Below, in pieces: positions 27,706-38,847 of a DNA stretch of 64,000 bases. A model generated the notes under the pieces. That model was not told where the DNA came from, searched no databases, and saw only the letters and a program-made list of their open reading frames with translations. How positions within the stretch are numbered: position 1 is the first letter of the stretch; each line of letters begins with the position of its first letter. Origin of the DNA: Candidatus Poribacteria bacterium (GTDB lineage: Bacteria > Poribacteria > WGA-4E > PCPOR2b); contig OZ220744.1 in the NCBI GenBank assembly GCA_965116925.1, forward strand, positions 3,072,001-3,136,000, in the 5' to 3' direction. Made by a program: the position numbers and the translations under genes.

Positions 27706-30700
27706 TTGATAAAAAAAGAATTTCTCTGTTTTACCTTATATGCAATAATTATCTATCTCACCGGCGGTACACTCAAGCCTGCTCTTGCTGCTACCCAACC
27801 AGCCGGGGGACACGAGACGCATTTTTGCGGTGTTATTGATGGTCAGTTAAACAAACGGTATTCGGACCAATTCCCCAACCGCAATTATGCCCGCACCTTT
27901 GCGGCGAACTTGAACGTCGGCGAACCGCGCACGGTACGGCTGATCTACTTCTTACCAAATGACCGTCCATATCGTCCGGAGATGGTGCAACACATGAAGG
28001 ATGAGATTCTTAAAATTCAAGCCTTTTATCTTGAGGCAATGGAAGCACATGGCTATCAAGATATGACTTTCAAGATTGAAACCGATGCACAAGGTAAGCC
28101 GGTAGTACATCGTGTGGATGGGCAACAGTCCGAGATTTACTATGTTGACGATACAAGTAGCACTGTACGCGCTGAAATCCGACAACTGTTTGATGTTTGG
28201 CAAAACATCTACTTTATTGTCGTTGATAGTGACATTAATCGTATTGGGACGGGAGTTGGAAATAGCCGCGTGAGGGGTAATGCAGGTAGTTATGGAAAGA
28301 ATGGTGGAGATGTATTAATCCCTGTGCGTCATTTTCAAGACAGAAAACTCTCTGCTCATGAGATAGGTCACGCGTTTGGACTACAACACGATTTCCGTAG
28401 CGGCGGATATATCATGTCGTATGGGGCAGGATACAATCGGGCACCCCGTGACGGTCCTAATCAAGATAGATTGTCCAAATGCAATGCTGATTTTTTGTCG
28501 GTAAATCCCTATTTCAACCCTGATGTTCCAACTGAAGGTGGGGGTTCTCCAGCTATTGAACTGACTTCAGCACGCACTTATCCAGCAGGATCAGAAAGCG
28601 TCGATATTCAAGTTAGAGTTACAGATCCAGAGGGAATACATCAAGTTATCCTGTTCGTTGAATCAGTAACCCTACTGGGTCCGTCTGGTTACCCTGAAAT
28701 CAAAGCATGCCGTCACCTGATGGGCGAAAGGGAAGTTGCTGTGAAATTTGAATATGATGGTGATGTGCCAGGCAGCAGTTTCACTAGTCTCTCTACGAAT
28801 ACCCAACAGAATATTCGTATTGCAGCGATTGATATAAACGGGGAGGCATCTAGTAGCACATTTACCCTTTCGGCAGAACCGACGGGGCAAGCAGATAGTT
28901 CTAAAGCGGGTGTGAGAATCGTAGAAGGCACACAAGAAGTAAGAGAAGATAATAGATATCAAACGTGGAACTTGCCAACTGGAGCAAGATTCCGAATAGG
29001 CAAAGGAGGTCCTGGCGGGGGTGATAGGGCGGCAGCGTTTTCGCCCAACGGTCAATATCTCGCCGTATCAAGCGGTACTGGTATATGGCTTTATGATACC
29101 GTAAATTATAGGGAGGTTGCGCTGCTTTCTAGTCAATATCCAATTAACAGTATAGCATTTTCACCCGATGGGAATGCTATTGTTGGAAGCCAGAATCAGG
29201 TGTGGAGTATTGTAACACAAGAGAAAATTGCTACTTTTAGTCCTGGTAGACATGTAGCATTTTCGCCCAATGGAAAAACTATTGCATCCGCCGCTGGCAG
29301 GGCAATAATACTATGGGATATTGTAACCCAGCAAGAGCTTGTACGGATGGAGTCTGAATATATTATTGATACCCTATCAGCGTCACATGATGGTGCTCTG
29401 ATTGCTGGTGCTGGGTGGGATGGATTAGTAAAAGTGTGGGAGGTCAATACAGGTCAATTGATAAATACATTTAGGCATGATGCTTGGGTCAATTCTATCA
29501 CATTTTCACCGACTGAAGATATACTTGCATCAAGTTCAGGGGATAGGACCGTAAAATTGTGGGATACCATAACAGGAACAGAAATCTATACAATTCAAAA
29601 TCCAGATGTTACCGATGCTGTAGCTTTTTCGCCCGATGGAAAGACGCTCGCTTGGAACGGTGCTGGAACCTATACGTTACCAGATACAATCAATTTGTGG
29701 GACATGACAACACAATCCCTTGTTGCAGTTTATGAGATACCTACCTCTGTTTCTAACTTCATCAATTGTCTAGCGCTTTCGCCCGATGGAAAGACTTTTG
29801 TTACTGTTGACCATTTCTATGACATTGTAAAAGTATGGGATATTAACACAGGCAATACTATTGACTTAGGACATATAGGATTAAGCCCTTTCCACTTTGA
29901 TTTACCGAATAGAGGATTAACCCCCATATCGTTCTCGCCTGATAGCACCATGCTCGCAACGGGTGGTACTAGAGGGGTAAAACTGTGGGATGTCAATACA
30001 GGAAGAAATGTTGCCAATATTCCTATTAAACCTAGGCACTCTGTTACACATGTCTCTTTTTCACCTGATGGCAGAACACTTGCATATCGTATCAGTGAGG
30101 AAAAGTTTACCAGATTATGGGATGTTACAACCCAAACACAGACTGGGATCATTGAAAATCCATCAGTTGAATATTGGGCGTTTTCACCTGACGGAAAGAC
30201 TCTTGCATCAACTGCGAGGCATATAATCACATTATGGGATGTTGTAACAGGGCAGCAGATCGCCACATTGGAAGGACCTGCACGCCGGGTTAGCCATATA
30301 ACATATTCGCCGGATGGGAATACCCTTGCTGCTGTATCATGGGACAGCACTGTTCGATTGTGGGATATAGCGACAAACCAAACTATCGAAACTTTTGAGG
30401 GTACAAGTTATGCAGCATTTTCGCCTGACGGAACAATGCTTGTTTTTCGTGCAAATGGCAGCGGTTTGGTGGTATGGAATCTAATAACGCGAGACAAAAC
30501 TATTATTCCTAAAAATGATTTTATGGCATTTCTACCCGATAGCTCAATGATGCTTTTAAGAAATTTTACTTATGAAAGTCTTGGCTCAGTTACTGTTTGG
30601 GATGCAAAAACGTCTACATCTATTACTACATTGGATTCTGGAATTTTTGCAGGTCAGAAACGACCCATATTCTCACCTGATGGAAAGACGCTAGCTATAA

Positions 30701-31407
30701 TGGGTCAAGATTCAACCATATTATTTGAACCAGAAGTAATATACAACCAATTGCCTCTATCCGCACTATCAAACGCCAATACGGAATCACTACTGATTGC
30801 GGCAGATGTCAACAACGACGGAAGCGTCAATATCTTGGATTTGATCTTGATTACATCCAATCTTGATACTAAAGGGACCAATTTAGCAGCGGATGTCAAC
30901 GGGGATGGGGTTATCAGTATTCTGGATCTGGTTATAGTTGCGGGTATGTTTGATGGTGCAGCTGCGCCTTCAGCGCAGCCACAACTGCCCGAAACACTCA
31001 CAGCGGTAGAAGTGCGGGGTTGGCTGGCCGACGCGAGGAGACTTGAGGTTAAAGATCCCATCATCAAACGAGGGATTATGATGCTTGAACAACTCTTGGC
31101 AGCCCTGACCCCAAAAGAGACAGAACTGTTAGCAAATTACCCCAACCCGTTCAATCCAGAGACATGGATACCGTATCATTTGGCAGAGGACGCTTTCGTC
31201 ACCTTGACCATCTATGACCGGGCTGGTCAGGTCGTCCGCACCTTCGATGTTGGGCATCGGGTAGCGGCGTTCTACGAAAGTCGCTCGAAAGCAATCTACT
31301 GGGATGGCAGAAACAGGTTGGGTGAGCCAGTGGCAAGTGGCGTTTATTTTTACACCCTGACAGCAGGCGATTATTCCGCCACGCGGAAGATGCTGATCCT
31401 AAAGTAG
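27706..31407 (+). CDS. Secreted metallopeptidase + WD40 + dockerin + FlgD/T9SS-like C-terminal domain protein
   Basis: TTG start with RBS AAGGAG, HEIGHAFGLQHD, many FSPDG repeats, 2x DVNxDGxVxILDL, NYPNPFNPETWIPY...ATRKMLILK. Confidence 0.9.
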   Translation: MIKKEFLCFTLYAIIIYLTGGTLKPALAATQPAGGHETHFCGVIDGQLNKRYSDQFPNRNYARTFAANLNVGEPRTVRLIYFLPNDRPYRPEMVQHMKDEILKIQAFYLEAMEAHGYQDMTFKIETDAQGKPVVHRVDGQQSEIYYVDDTSSTVRAEIRQLFDVWQNIYFIVVDSDINRIGTGVGNSRVRGNAGSYGKNGGDVLIPVRHFQDRKLSAHEIGHAFGLQHDFRSGGYIMSYGAGYNRAPRDGPNQDRLSKCNADFLSVNPYFNPDVPTEGGGSPAIELTSARTYPAGSESVDIQVRVTDPEGIHQVILFVESVTLLGPSGYPEIKACRHLMGEREVAVKFEYDGDVPGSSFTSLSTNTQQNIRIAAIDINGEASSSTFTLSAEPTGQADSSKAGVRIVEGTQEVREDNRYQTWNLPTGARFRIGKGGPGGGDRAAAFSPNGQYLAVSSGTGIWLYDTVNYREVALLSSQYPINSIAFSPDGNAIVGSQNQVWSIVTQEKIATFSPGRHVAFSPNGKTIASAAGRAIILWDIVTQQELVRMESEYIIDTLSASHDGALIAGAGWDGLVKVWEVNTGQLINTFRHDAWVNSITFSPTEDILASSSGDRTVKLWDTITGTEIYTIQNPDVTDAVAFSPDGKTLAWNGAGTYTLPDTINLWDMTTQSLVAVYEIPTSVSNFINCLALSPDGKTFVTVDHFYDIVKVWDINTGNTIDLGHIGLSPFHFDLPNRGLTPISFSPDSTMLATGGTRGVKLWDVNTGRNVANIPIKPRHSVTHVSFSPDGRTLAYRISEEKFTRLWDVTTQTQTGIIENPSVEYWAFSPDGKTLASTARHIITLWDVVTGQQIATLEGPARRVSHITYSPDGNTLAAVSWDSTVRLWDIATNQTIETFEGTSYAAFSPDGTMLVFRANGSGLVVWNLITRDKTIIPKNDFMAFLPDSSMMLLRNFTYESLGSVTVWDAKTSTSITTLDSGIFAGQKRPIFSPDGKTLAIMGQDSTILFEPEVIYNQLPLSALSNANTESLLIAADVNNDGSVNILDLILITSNLDTKGTNLAADVNGDGVISILDLVIVAGMFDGAAAPSAQPQLPETLTAVEVRGWLADARRLEVKDPIIKRGIMMLEQLLAALTPKETELLANYPNPFNPETWIPYHLAEDAFVTLTIYDRAGQVVRTFDVGHRVAAFYESRSKAIYWDGRNRLGEPVASGVYFYTLTAGDYSATRKMLILK

Positions 31408-31474
31408 TAGGCACAATCCGTGTGCCGTAACTCCGCGAACAAAGTCCTGACCTGGCTCGTTCACAGTCTCTAAT

Positions 31475-31760
31475 TATGGTGAATTCAAAAAATAAAGAAA
31501 CACTTGCGCCTCCCCGGTAGGTGCAGTTTGTAACCGCACCGGTTTGGCATGTCCCATTAATTCTAAAATCTACTATAAATGACCCTAGTGCTCCGTCAAA
31601 TAAATCATGATAAGGCACTCACCGCTCGGCTTGGATAGCCATAGCCAAGCCGCTTTGTGGGGGAAGTATCTAACAGAGGCTTTTGTACCACAATCTGTTA
31701 GATTGTGATCCGAGTCCGCAAACTAACAGTTTGCGCTACATTTATGTGACAGTGTACTAG
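31475..31760 (+). mobile_element. MITE A (31475-31577) followed by CTAG-flanked element G (31585-31760)
   Basis: Element G ends CTAGTGCTCCGTCAAATAAAT...ATTTATGTGACAGTGTACTAG. A second copy, with insertions, is at 49491-49866. Confidence 0.75.
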
Positions 31761-31828
31761 GCTCTTTTTTTTCCTAATTGACGCAGCCACGATGCCATGC
31801 TATTCTGTCCCAAATCTAAAATCGAGAG

Positions 31829-32569
31829 GTGTTCACAATGCTTGATCTAAAATCGAAAGCCCGTGAGGTCATCGAACACGGTTACTGTGTGCTTGAATCG
31901 GTCTACGATGACCGTGAATGCGAACAGATGCGCGCCATTTTCAAGCAACTGTGTGACGACAAGAACGGTTTTTCGTCCGAGCAGCCCAAAATCAGTTTTC
32001 ACCCGCTGTTGGAGTGGGGACCAAAGATGGCTCCGTTCTTCGCCAAACCGGTTGTCGTAGACGCGATGGCAGAGGTTTTTCAGGACGACGTGCGCCTTGC
32101 ACACAGCGGCGCCGCTGTCTTTAACAACGAACTCGTTGAAGAAACTCTCACCCACTGGCATATCCACTACGCATGGGAGATTTCCCCGACAGGGCTTCAG
32201 CGAGAGAATCCAGAGCGGGTGCTCTGCAATATCTACGTGGACGGATCCAGCTCCCACATCGGACCGCTCATCGTCCTTCCACGTGGTCTCAACGATTCGG
32301 TCGATCCAAAAGGCGATGTTGGGGAAAAATGGGAAGGACAGGTGGAGGTCGCAGTGCCGCCCGGGTCAGCGGTCATCTTTGACACCGCCGTATGGCACTG
32401 CTCCAAGCGAGGCAGCTCCGCTGAACTAAGGCACCTGTGGGGTGGACATTATCAGGGGTGGAGCAACCCGACGCCACATCCGGAGGATAACACCGCCGAA
32501 AACCCAACCGTTGCTGCCTTCAAAGCGGAAATACCAGTACTGCGAGGACTATTAGACGGTCCCAAGTAG
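31829..32569 (+). CDS. PhyH-like dioxygenase with atypical HxH metal motif
   Basis: EHGYCVLE, WHIHY, GPLIVLPRG, PGSAVIFDTAVWHCS motifs. Confidence 0.8.
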   Translation: MFTMLDLKSKAREVIEHGYCVLESVYDDRECEQMRAIFKQLCDDKNGFSSEQPKISFHPLLEWGPKMAPFFAKPVVVDAMAEVFQDDVRLAHSGAAVFNNELVEETLTHWHIHYAWEISPTGLQRENPERVLCNIYVDGSSSHIGPLIVLPRGLNDSVDPKGDVGEKWEGQVEVAVPPGSAVIFDTAVWHCSKRGSSAELRHLWGGHYQGWSNPTPHPEDNTAENPTVAAFKAEIPVLRGLLDGPK

Positions 32570-33278
32570 TTGAATTTTGGATTCATCAACTCAAGTTGCT
32601 CGGTTCTGTTGCCACTTGACAGTCCGTAGGTTGGGTTGAACGGTTAAACGCCAATCCCTATCAACTACAATAGAGGCTTGGCTGTCCAACAACACTTGCT
32701 TATAGAAGATAGAGTGAAACCCAACAAAGTTTTTCTTTTGTACCACGATCTGTTAGATTGTGATCCGAGCACGCAAATTAACAGTTCGCGCTACATTTGC
32801 TAGGTTACCCCATGATTACAGCCTTTCGCTCCAGAGGAGCGATATGTCTATAGAATGCTTTGATGTCAAGGCAGAACGTTGGAATTGTAGGGCAATCGCA
32901 TGTAAATATTGTGTAGGATTTACCCCCTTGAATTGCGAAAATCATTTCCTATTTCATATCGTGGGTACAGATTGCCAATCTGTACGTGCCCCAAGGCAGC
33001 ACATCTGCACTACAAAAGGGATTTACCGAGTGTTCTTATTGCTCAAGCACCGTATTCCTATAACAGATGCGATTGCCCTATTGGAATTGTCTTCAACAAT
33101 GGGGTAGCACTTTTTTCTCTCCCTTGCTATACTATTGGTATATTGAGTTCGGGTGGCGGGATGAATCCCCGAATGGGGATCTAGATTTACCATACCGACC
33201 GAACAACGCCAAAAGCAAAATCCACCCCAAAAATAGATAATCGCCTGACCATACCCTATGTGAAAACTGGAGGCAGCC

Positions 33279-34346
33279 ATGAAAGCAGCGGTCTTTTACG
33301 AACCCAACGCTCCGGTCTCTATTGAGGAGCTCGAAATCCAACCCCCGCAAGCGGGTGAAGTGTTGCTCGACATCGTTGGCGCAGGTGTTTGCCACAGCGA
33401 CTACCACTATGTGGATGGTCACGTCAAGCGTGAGCCAACCCCGTGGGTCATGGGACACGAAGGCGCGGGCATCGTCCGAGAGGTCGGTCCCGGTGTGACC
33501 AGCGTTGCGCCCGGGGACAAAATTATCCTTTCTCTTGATGCCATGTGTGGTTACTGTCGTAACTGCAGCAACGGTAGTCCCGCGCTGTGTGAGACGCATA
33601 TCCCCGGTGCCGTAAGCCGCATGACAAGAAACGGCGAGCCGGTCTACCACAGTAGACCAACCTTTGTTGAACAGACCATTGCCCATGTCGATGCCTGTGT
33701 CAAAGTTCCGGACGACACACCATTAGAAAAGACCTGTCTCATCAGCTGTGCAGTCATTACTGGCATCGGTGCTGTCGTCAATCGTGCGAAGGTCGAAGCC
33801 GGTGCTACGATGGCGGTGTTCGGTTGTGGCGGCGTCGGATTGAACGCCATCCAAGGCGGTGTCCTCGCTTCGGCAGGCAAAATCATCGCAGTTGACAGGG
33901 TCCCATATAAGCTGGAGTTGGCTGAGCAGATGGGGGCGACACATTTCGTTAACGCTTCGACGGAAGATCCCGTCCAGCGGATTAAAGAGATCACCGGCGG
34001 AGGTGCCGACTACGCCTTCGAGGTCGTCGGATTCCCAGTGCTAGCTCGACAAGCAATCGACTCAGTCCGTACCACTGGAACTGCTGTCGTCGTTGGGGTG
34101 CAGCCCACAGACGAGGAAATTTCGGTTGAAGGATGGCATCTACTACTCGACCGGACGCTGATGGGCGCTTTCCACGGTGCTGCCCGGGCGCGTGTTGACT
34201 TTCTCTGGATCCTCGATCTGTACAACCAAGGGAAGATCAAGCTCGACGAACTCATCTCGCGCTACCGTCCATTGGACGAACTCAACGAAGCCTTCGACGA
34301 TATGAATCAAGGGAGGGTCGCACGGACGGTGCTGGTCTTTGATTGA
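33279..34346 (+). CDS. Zn-dependent alcohol dehydrogenase (class III-like MDR)
   Basis: GVCHSD, GHEGAG, CGYCRNC..C and FGCGGVG motifs. Confidence 0.93.
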   Translation: MKAAVFYEPNAPVSIEELEIQPPQAGEVLLDIVGAGVCHSDYHYVDGHVKREPTPWVMGHEGAGIVREVGPGVTSVAPGDKIILSLDAMCGYCRNCSNGSPALCETHIPGAVSRMTRNGEPVYHSRPTFVEQTIAHVDACVKVPDDTPLEKTCLISCAVITGIGAVVNRAKVEAGATMAVFGCGGVGLNAIQGGVLASAGKIIAVDRVPYKLELAEQMGATHFVNASTEDPVQRIKEITGGGADYAFEVVGFPVLARQAIDSVRTTGTAVVVGVQPTDEEISVEGWHLLLDRTLMGAFHGAARARVDFLWILDLYNQGKIKLDELISRYRPLDELNEAFDDMNQGRVARTVLVFD

Positions 34347-34709
34347 GAGGGTTATAAACACGGTCAATCTCCTTGACGGAGAGTCCGTAGGTTGGGTTGA
34401 ACGGTTAAACGCCAATCCCTATCAACGACAAGAGAGGCTTAGGCGTTCAACAACACTGTTGTTGATACACAGACAGAGAAACCCAACTCCGTTTGTCATC
34501 GGAAAATCTCCTGTTCAAAAGCCTATTTCATAAAAGGAATCTTCTGTACCACAATCTGTTAGATTGTGATCTCAGCTCGCACAACTAGCAACTTGCGTCA
34601 TTTCTTAACATGAGCCAAACAGTTAATCCATTCAACCCCATGCCCCCTCGATTCTGCGGTGGCCTGGCTCCTCCTAAAAAATTCTAAACACCAAGGAGAG
34701 CGACAAACT

Positions 34710-35678
34710 ATGAAACGCTTGATGAAACGCGAAGGACAATTCAATTTTGTACTTGAGGAGGCACCAATCCCTTCAGTGGGACCGCAGCAGGTGCTTGTCC
34801 GCAACAAGGTCACGCTCATCAGTCGTGGCTCCGAAATCGGTGGTCGGTACACCAATGAGGGCATTGTAGCCCACAGCTCCATGGGCTACTCCGCCGCAGG
34901 CGTCGTTGAATCGGTCGGTGCTGAGGTCACGGGAGTCTCACCGGGGGACAGAGTCATGGCGAGCGCCCCACACGCCGAGTATGTCGTTGCCGATGCCGAA
35001 CCGGGCGCAGGGGTTCGACCCTTACCCAACGAATTGACGTTTGAGGACGCAACTTTTTGGCCCCTTACGACTAGCGCCGTTATGTGGTCTTGGGCTTCGG
35101 GGATAAAACCGGGCGATACCCTTGTCATCCTCGGCGGCGGACTCATCGGTAACCTCTGTATGCAAGTCATGCGGATGATGGGCCCGCAGAGGATTATCGT
35201 TGTTGAAGGGATTCCCGTACGCTGTGAAATCGCGAGAAAACTGGGAGCCGACGAAGTTATTAACTTCAACGAGGAAGACCCTATCGAAGCTATCAAGCGT
35301 CTGACGGACGACGCTGGAGCGGATGTGGTCATCGAAGCGGTCGGGGGACCCGCTGGGGTGTTGGCATTTTCTCAAGCCCAAGATATGACACGGGCAGGTG
35401 GAACAATTTTTCTGATAGGCCTCTACCACAAAGAACCCCTCCAGCTTGATGTCCACAAGGTAATGAACAAGAAAATCCTTGGTGCTGCACATCTCCCCTA
35501 CCGACGGGTTGAAGCCTCAAAGGTGGCACTTGGACTGCTGCTCGGTGGGCAGGTTCGACCCCAGGAGATGATAACACATCGACTCGACGGAAAAACGGAA
35601 GCGGTCGAAGCCTTCAGATTGCTCTATGAACGGCTCGACGAAACGATGTGTGTCACGTTGCGGTGGGATGACGATTAG
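34710..35678 (+). CDS. MDR-family dehydrogenase lacking canonical Zn ligands
   Basis: LISRGSE and MGYSAAG in place of C and GHE; GGGLIG Rossmann motif. Confidence 0.85.
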   Translation: MKRLMKREGQFNFVLEEAPIPSVGPQQVLVRNKVTLISRGSEIGGRYTNEGIVAHSSMGYSAAGVVESVGAEVTGVSPGDRVMASAPHAEYVVADAEPGAGVRPLPNELTFEDATFWPLTTSAVMWSWASGIKPGDTLVILGGGLIGNLCMQVMRMMGPQRIIVVEGIPVRCEIARKLGADEVINFNEEDPIEAIKRLTDDAGADVVIEAVGGPAGVLAFSQAQDMTRAGGTIFLIGLYHKEPLQLDVHKVMNKKILGAAHLPYRRVEASKVALGLLLGGQVRPQEMITHRLDGKTEAVEAFRLLYERLDETMCVTLRWDDD

Positions 35679-35688
35679 AATGTCCTTA

Positions 35689-37626
35689 CTACGGAAAGAA
35701 TTCATACACCTCCGTGTTGAGAAGAATACTTAAAATACTCCCGATACTGCCAGCTATACAGTCTCCCAACGCCATCCCCAAAAAGAAAGGAATCGCGCGT
35801 TGATACGCACGAAGCCCTCCATAACGCAGGATAATCAGCTTGGCGACCCAAACGACAAAGAGACAGCACCACAGATTATACATCCCCCAACTATTTGCCA
35901 TCGCATAGCCAAGTGGGTGAAGCGACCACCATAAAAAACGTGCTCGCAAAAACATCAACAACCCCGCCACTCCCAGTCCGCCCCCCGTGAAGGCAAGTGC
36001 GGGCCCATCGTACCCTTGGGGAAAACTCAGCCAATTCTCAAGTACACCGTAAGCGTGCCGCCCGAACCCCAATGTGCTGGGCCAGAAGTAGCCGGATGCT
36101 GCACCGTGTCGATAGTAGATTTCTAACAGCAGCCAGAAGGTAACCGCCGATCCAATGACCGTTGCGAGCAGAATGGCAACCGCCATATTACGAAGGCTAA
36201 TATTCCGCAGGGACGATATCTTGAAGGCTTCGAGGGGTTCCGGCATCGGATTCGCCCAGTTGGTGCGGGTGAAAAAGTGGTACAGCGCGAAGATGGTCAG
36301 CGTGCCCTTACCGAGTCGGCGTGTGCCAAAACCGTTAATAATCATGGTGTGTGGTGTGATGCCGATCATATCGTGTACCATAAAACCTAACTCGGCACGG
36401 ACCCTGGCAACCATTATCCCCAACAGGAAATAGGTCCCGAAAAAAATGGGGATCACCCACAACGACATCCCCGCTTTGTAGGAAAAAACCGTCAAGAAGA
36501 TCATACCGATGACGATGCCTCCAACGGCAAGACGGTACGGCATCGGTTCACGGGAGTCATCCAGTTGCGACGCAGATCCACGCGATCTCAACAGATGACG
36601 CACTAACCCTTTGAAATGTAATCTCCCCCTCCAAAGTACAAATGCTAATATCGCCATATATGCACCGAACGCCTGTTCACTTGCATAAGGGAAACGTGGG
36701 AGATTTCGCCAACCCATTATGCCACCGACCATCAACTCAATCTTGTAAATCCAGAAAAACGCCCAACATGAAAACAGCAGTTCGAGCGGTATGAGGAAGC
36801 TGATTCCGATGACGAAAGGATAGAAAGAGATGCGTACCCCACCCATTGCGTTCCAAGGACGATGGGTAAAATACTGATGGATATCCTGACGTTTGATGGG
36901 GATATAGGGAATGGAAGGGTAGAGTGAGTTCAGAATATTCACCGTCACAATCACCGAGATGATCCCGAAACCGAGCCACATCAGCCTGTTTTTGAAGAAT
37001 CTCGATTGCGGATGAGCCATTTCGAGTGGGAGTTGGATGATTGGATAGGTCAACCGTTCCCGTTCCGCCCACTGCACCCGCAATAGCGTGTTGATGCACA
37101 CCATCACAATCATCATCACCAAGATGAACAGGATCCATGCAAGGACAGGAAGAAGCCATGCGTTAAAAATGTGCCTGTTGTAGAGACTCGAATCGCCTTC
37201 ATAGTAACCCGTCAGTGCTTTTTCGTCGGAGACGGTGAGCCATTGGGGGAGTTGCTTGAAAAACAGTTGTTGCCACTCATTTTCGATCGTTGCGAACTGA
37301 AACGGATGTCCCATCAGTGGAATCAGGACTTCTATGCAGTCATACGAGCAGAGACAGGAGACAATACACAGCATGACATAGGTAGTCAACAACTCTTGCT
37401 GGGAGAGGTCGAGTATGGGCGAAATTTTGCTGAGTATGTACTGAATCAGAATCAGCCAAAAGAAGATAAAAATCACATTTGCGAACGGATGGATAATCGT
37501 TGGACAGGTATGGCGAACGACTTCCAGCTGGATAACCCAAGCAACATTAATTGGAGTAAGCAGCAGCGTGGTCAAGAGGGACTTGAGCGTTAAGCCACTT
37601 TTGGGGGTGTCAGAGGTATCTTTCAA
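35689..37626 (-). CDS. Polytopic membrane protein, DUF6785/DUF6784-like (OPT-like peptide transporter)
   Basis: Many TM helices; LRVQWAERERLTYPI and WWSLHPLGY motifs. Family recognised from memory. Confidence 0.72.
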   Translation of the reverse strand: MKDTSDTPKSGLTLKSLLTTLLLTPINVAWVIQLEVVRHTCPTIIHPFANVIFIFFWLILIQYILSKISPILDLSQQELLTTYVMLCIVSCLCSYDCIEVLIPLMGHPFQFATIENEWQQLFFKQLPQWLTVSDEKALTGYYEGDSSLYNRHIFNAWLLPVLAWILFILVMMIVMVCINTLLRVQWAERERLTYPIIQLPLEMAHPQSRFFKNRLMWLGFGIISVIVTVNILNSLYPSIPYIPIKRQDIHQYFTHRPWNAMGGVRISFYPFVIGISFLIPLELLFSCWAFFWIYKIELMVGGIMGWRNLPRFPYASEQAFGAYMAILAFVLWRGRLHFKGLVRHLLRSRGSASQLDDSREPMPYRLAVGGIVIGMIFLTVFSYKAGMSLWVIPIFFGTYFLLGIMVARVRAELGFMVHDMIGITPHTMIINGFGTRRLGKGTLTIFALYHFFTRTNWANPMPEPLEAFKISSLRNISLRNMAVAILLATVIGSAVTFWLLLEIYYRHGAASGYFWPSTLGFGRHAYGVLENWLSFPQGYDGPALAFTGGGLGVAGLLMFLRARFLWWSLHPLGYAMANSWGMYNLWCCLFVVWVAKLIILRYGGLRAYQRAIPFFLGMALGDCIAGSIGSILSILLNTEVYEFFP

Positions 37627-37731
37627 TTGTCGCCTCTACGGTACGAGAACGCCGGACTGGATACTATGTATGCAGCCGGAACTTACACAGGAAGGTAATA
37701 GACTCGGAGAAATGAGGCATATATGCAATAC

Positions 37732-37834
37732 TATAGTGAATTCAAAAGATAAAGAAACACTTGCGCTCCCCCGGTAGGTGCGGTTTGTAACCGCACCGGT
37801 TTGGCGTGTCCCATTAATTCTAAAATCTACTATA
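37732..37834 (+). mobile_element. MITE A copy
   Basis: TATAGTGAATTC...AATCTACTATA with REP hairpin. Confidence 0.8.
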
Positions 37835-37937
37835 AATTCGATCCTTGACTTTAACGCTTTGTTATACTAAAATCATCAAGTATTTTACCTGATTTCTGGA
37901 TAAGATTCAACTGCGACTTATCCGAAATAGGGGCATT

Positions 37938-38847
37938 TATGGTAGATAATATAAATAAGTGAACATTATTTAGAAATGTGTTACGATATAAGTATTATGA
38001 GATATTCACCCGATTTACGCAAACGCGTCCTTGATTTCATACAAGCCGGCGGCAGCAAAACAGAAGCCGCTAAACGGTTTAACGTCGGACGGACCACTAT
38101 CTATAAGTGGCTAAACGCCCCGGATCCATTCGCTTATCAACGCCCCGGTCCCCGAGGGCCCCGGTCTATTGATTATGATGCGCTGAAACAACATGTTGCT
38201 GATTTTCCAGACCAGACCCTCAAAGAACGCGCCGTTCATTTTGGAGTGTCGACCTTCTGTATAGGGTATAGCCTCAAACGGCTAGGGTACACGCGAAAAA
38301 AAAAGACCCTCGGTTATAAGGAGCGGTGCGATGAAAAACGACACGCCTATCGTCAACAACTCGAACAAGTCAAAATCGTTGGTAAATCCGTAGTTTATGC
38401 CGATGAGAGTGGCTTTCGAGACGACGGTTATAGACGGTATGGCTATGCGCCTTTAGGCACACCCGTGTTTGACCTTATATCCAGTCAACGCACTCGGACC
38501 ACCACACTTATTGCCGCACGTTTTGAAGATACCTTCACTGCGGCACGGTTATTTGAAGGCAGTTGCAAAGCCAACGATTTCAATGATTGGTTAGCCGGGC
38601 AGTTATGTCCACGCTTGACTTCAAAACACGTCGTAATCCTTGATAATGCACGACTTCACAAAACGCCAAAGACCCGACAGTTAATAGAGGCTTCAGGGGC
38701 GAGTCTGATGTTTTTACCCCCTTATTCCCCGGATTACAATCCGATTGAACACGATTTTGCTAATATAAAGCGAATCCAACAATATCAAACAGAAATGTCT
38801 ATTGAGGATATTATTCAAATGTATCAGTAATTCTATCATCTACCATA
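37938..38847 (+). mobile_element. IS630-family insertion sequence, TA-flanked
   Basis: TA-TGGTAGATAATATAAAT...AATTCTATCATCTACCA-TA enclosing the transposase gene. Confidence 0.92.
37997..38830 (+). CDS. IS630 transposase
   Basis: YSPDLRKRV HTH; DDE triad YADESG / ILDNA / LPPYSPDYNPIE; single reading frame through the A9 run. Confidence 0.95.
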   Translation: MRYSPDLRKRVLDFIQAGGSKTEAAKRFNVGRTTIYKWLNAPDPFAYQRPGPRGPRSIDYDALKQHVADFPDQTLKERAVHFGVSTFCIGYSLKRLGYTRKKKTLGYKERCDEKRHAYRQQLEQVKIVGKSVVYADESGFRDDGYRRYGYAPLGTPVFDLISSQRTRTTTLIAARFEDTFTAARLFEGSCKANDFNDWLAGQLCPRLTSKHVVILDNARLHKTPKTRQLIEASGASLMFLPPYSPDYNPIEHDFANIKRIQQYQTEMSIEDIIQMYQ

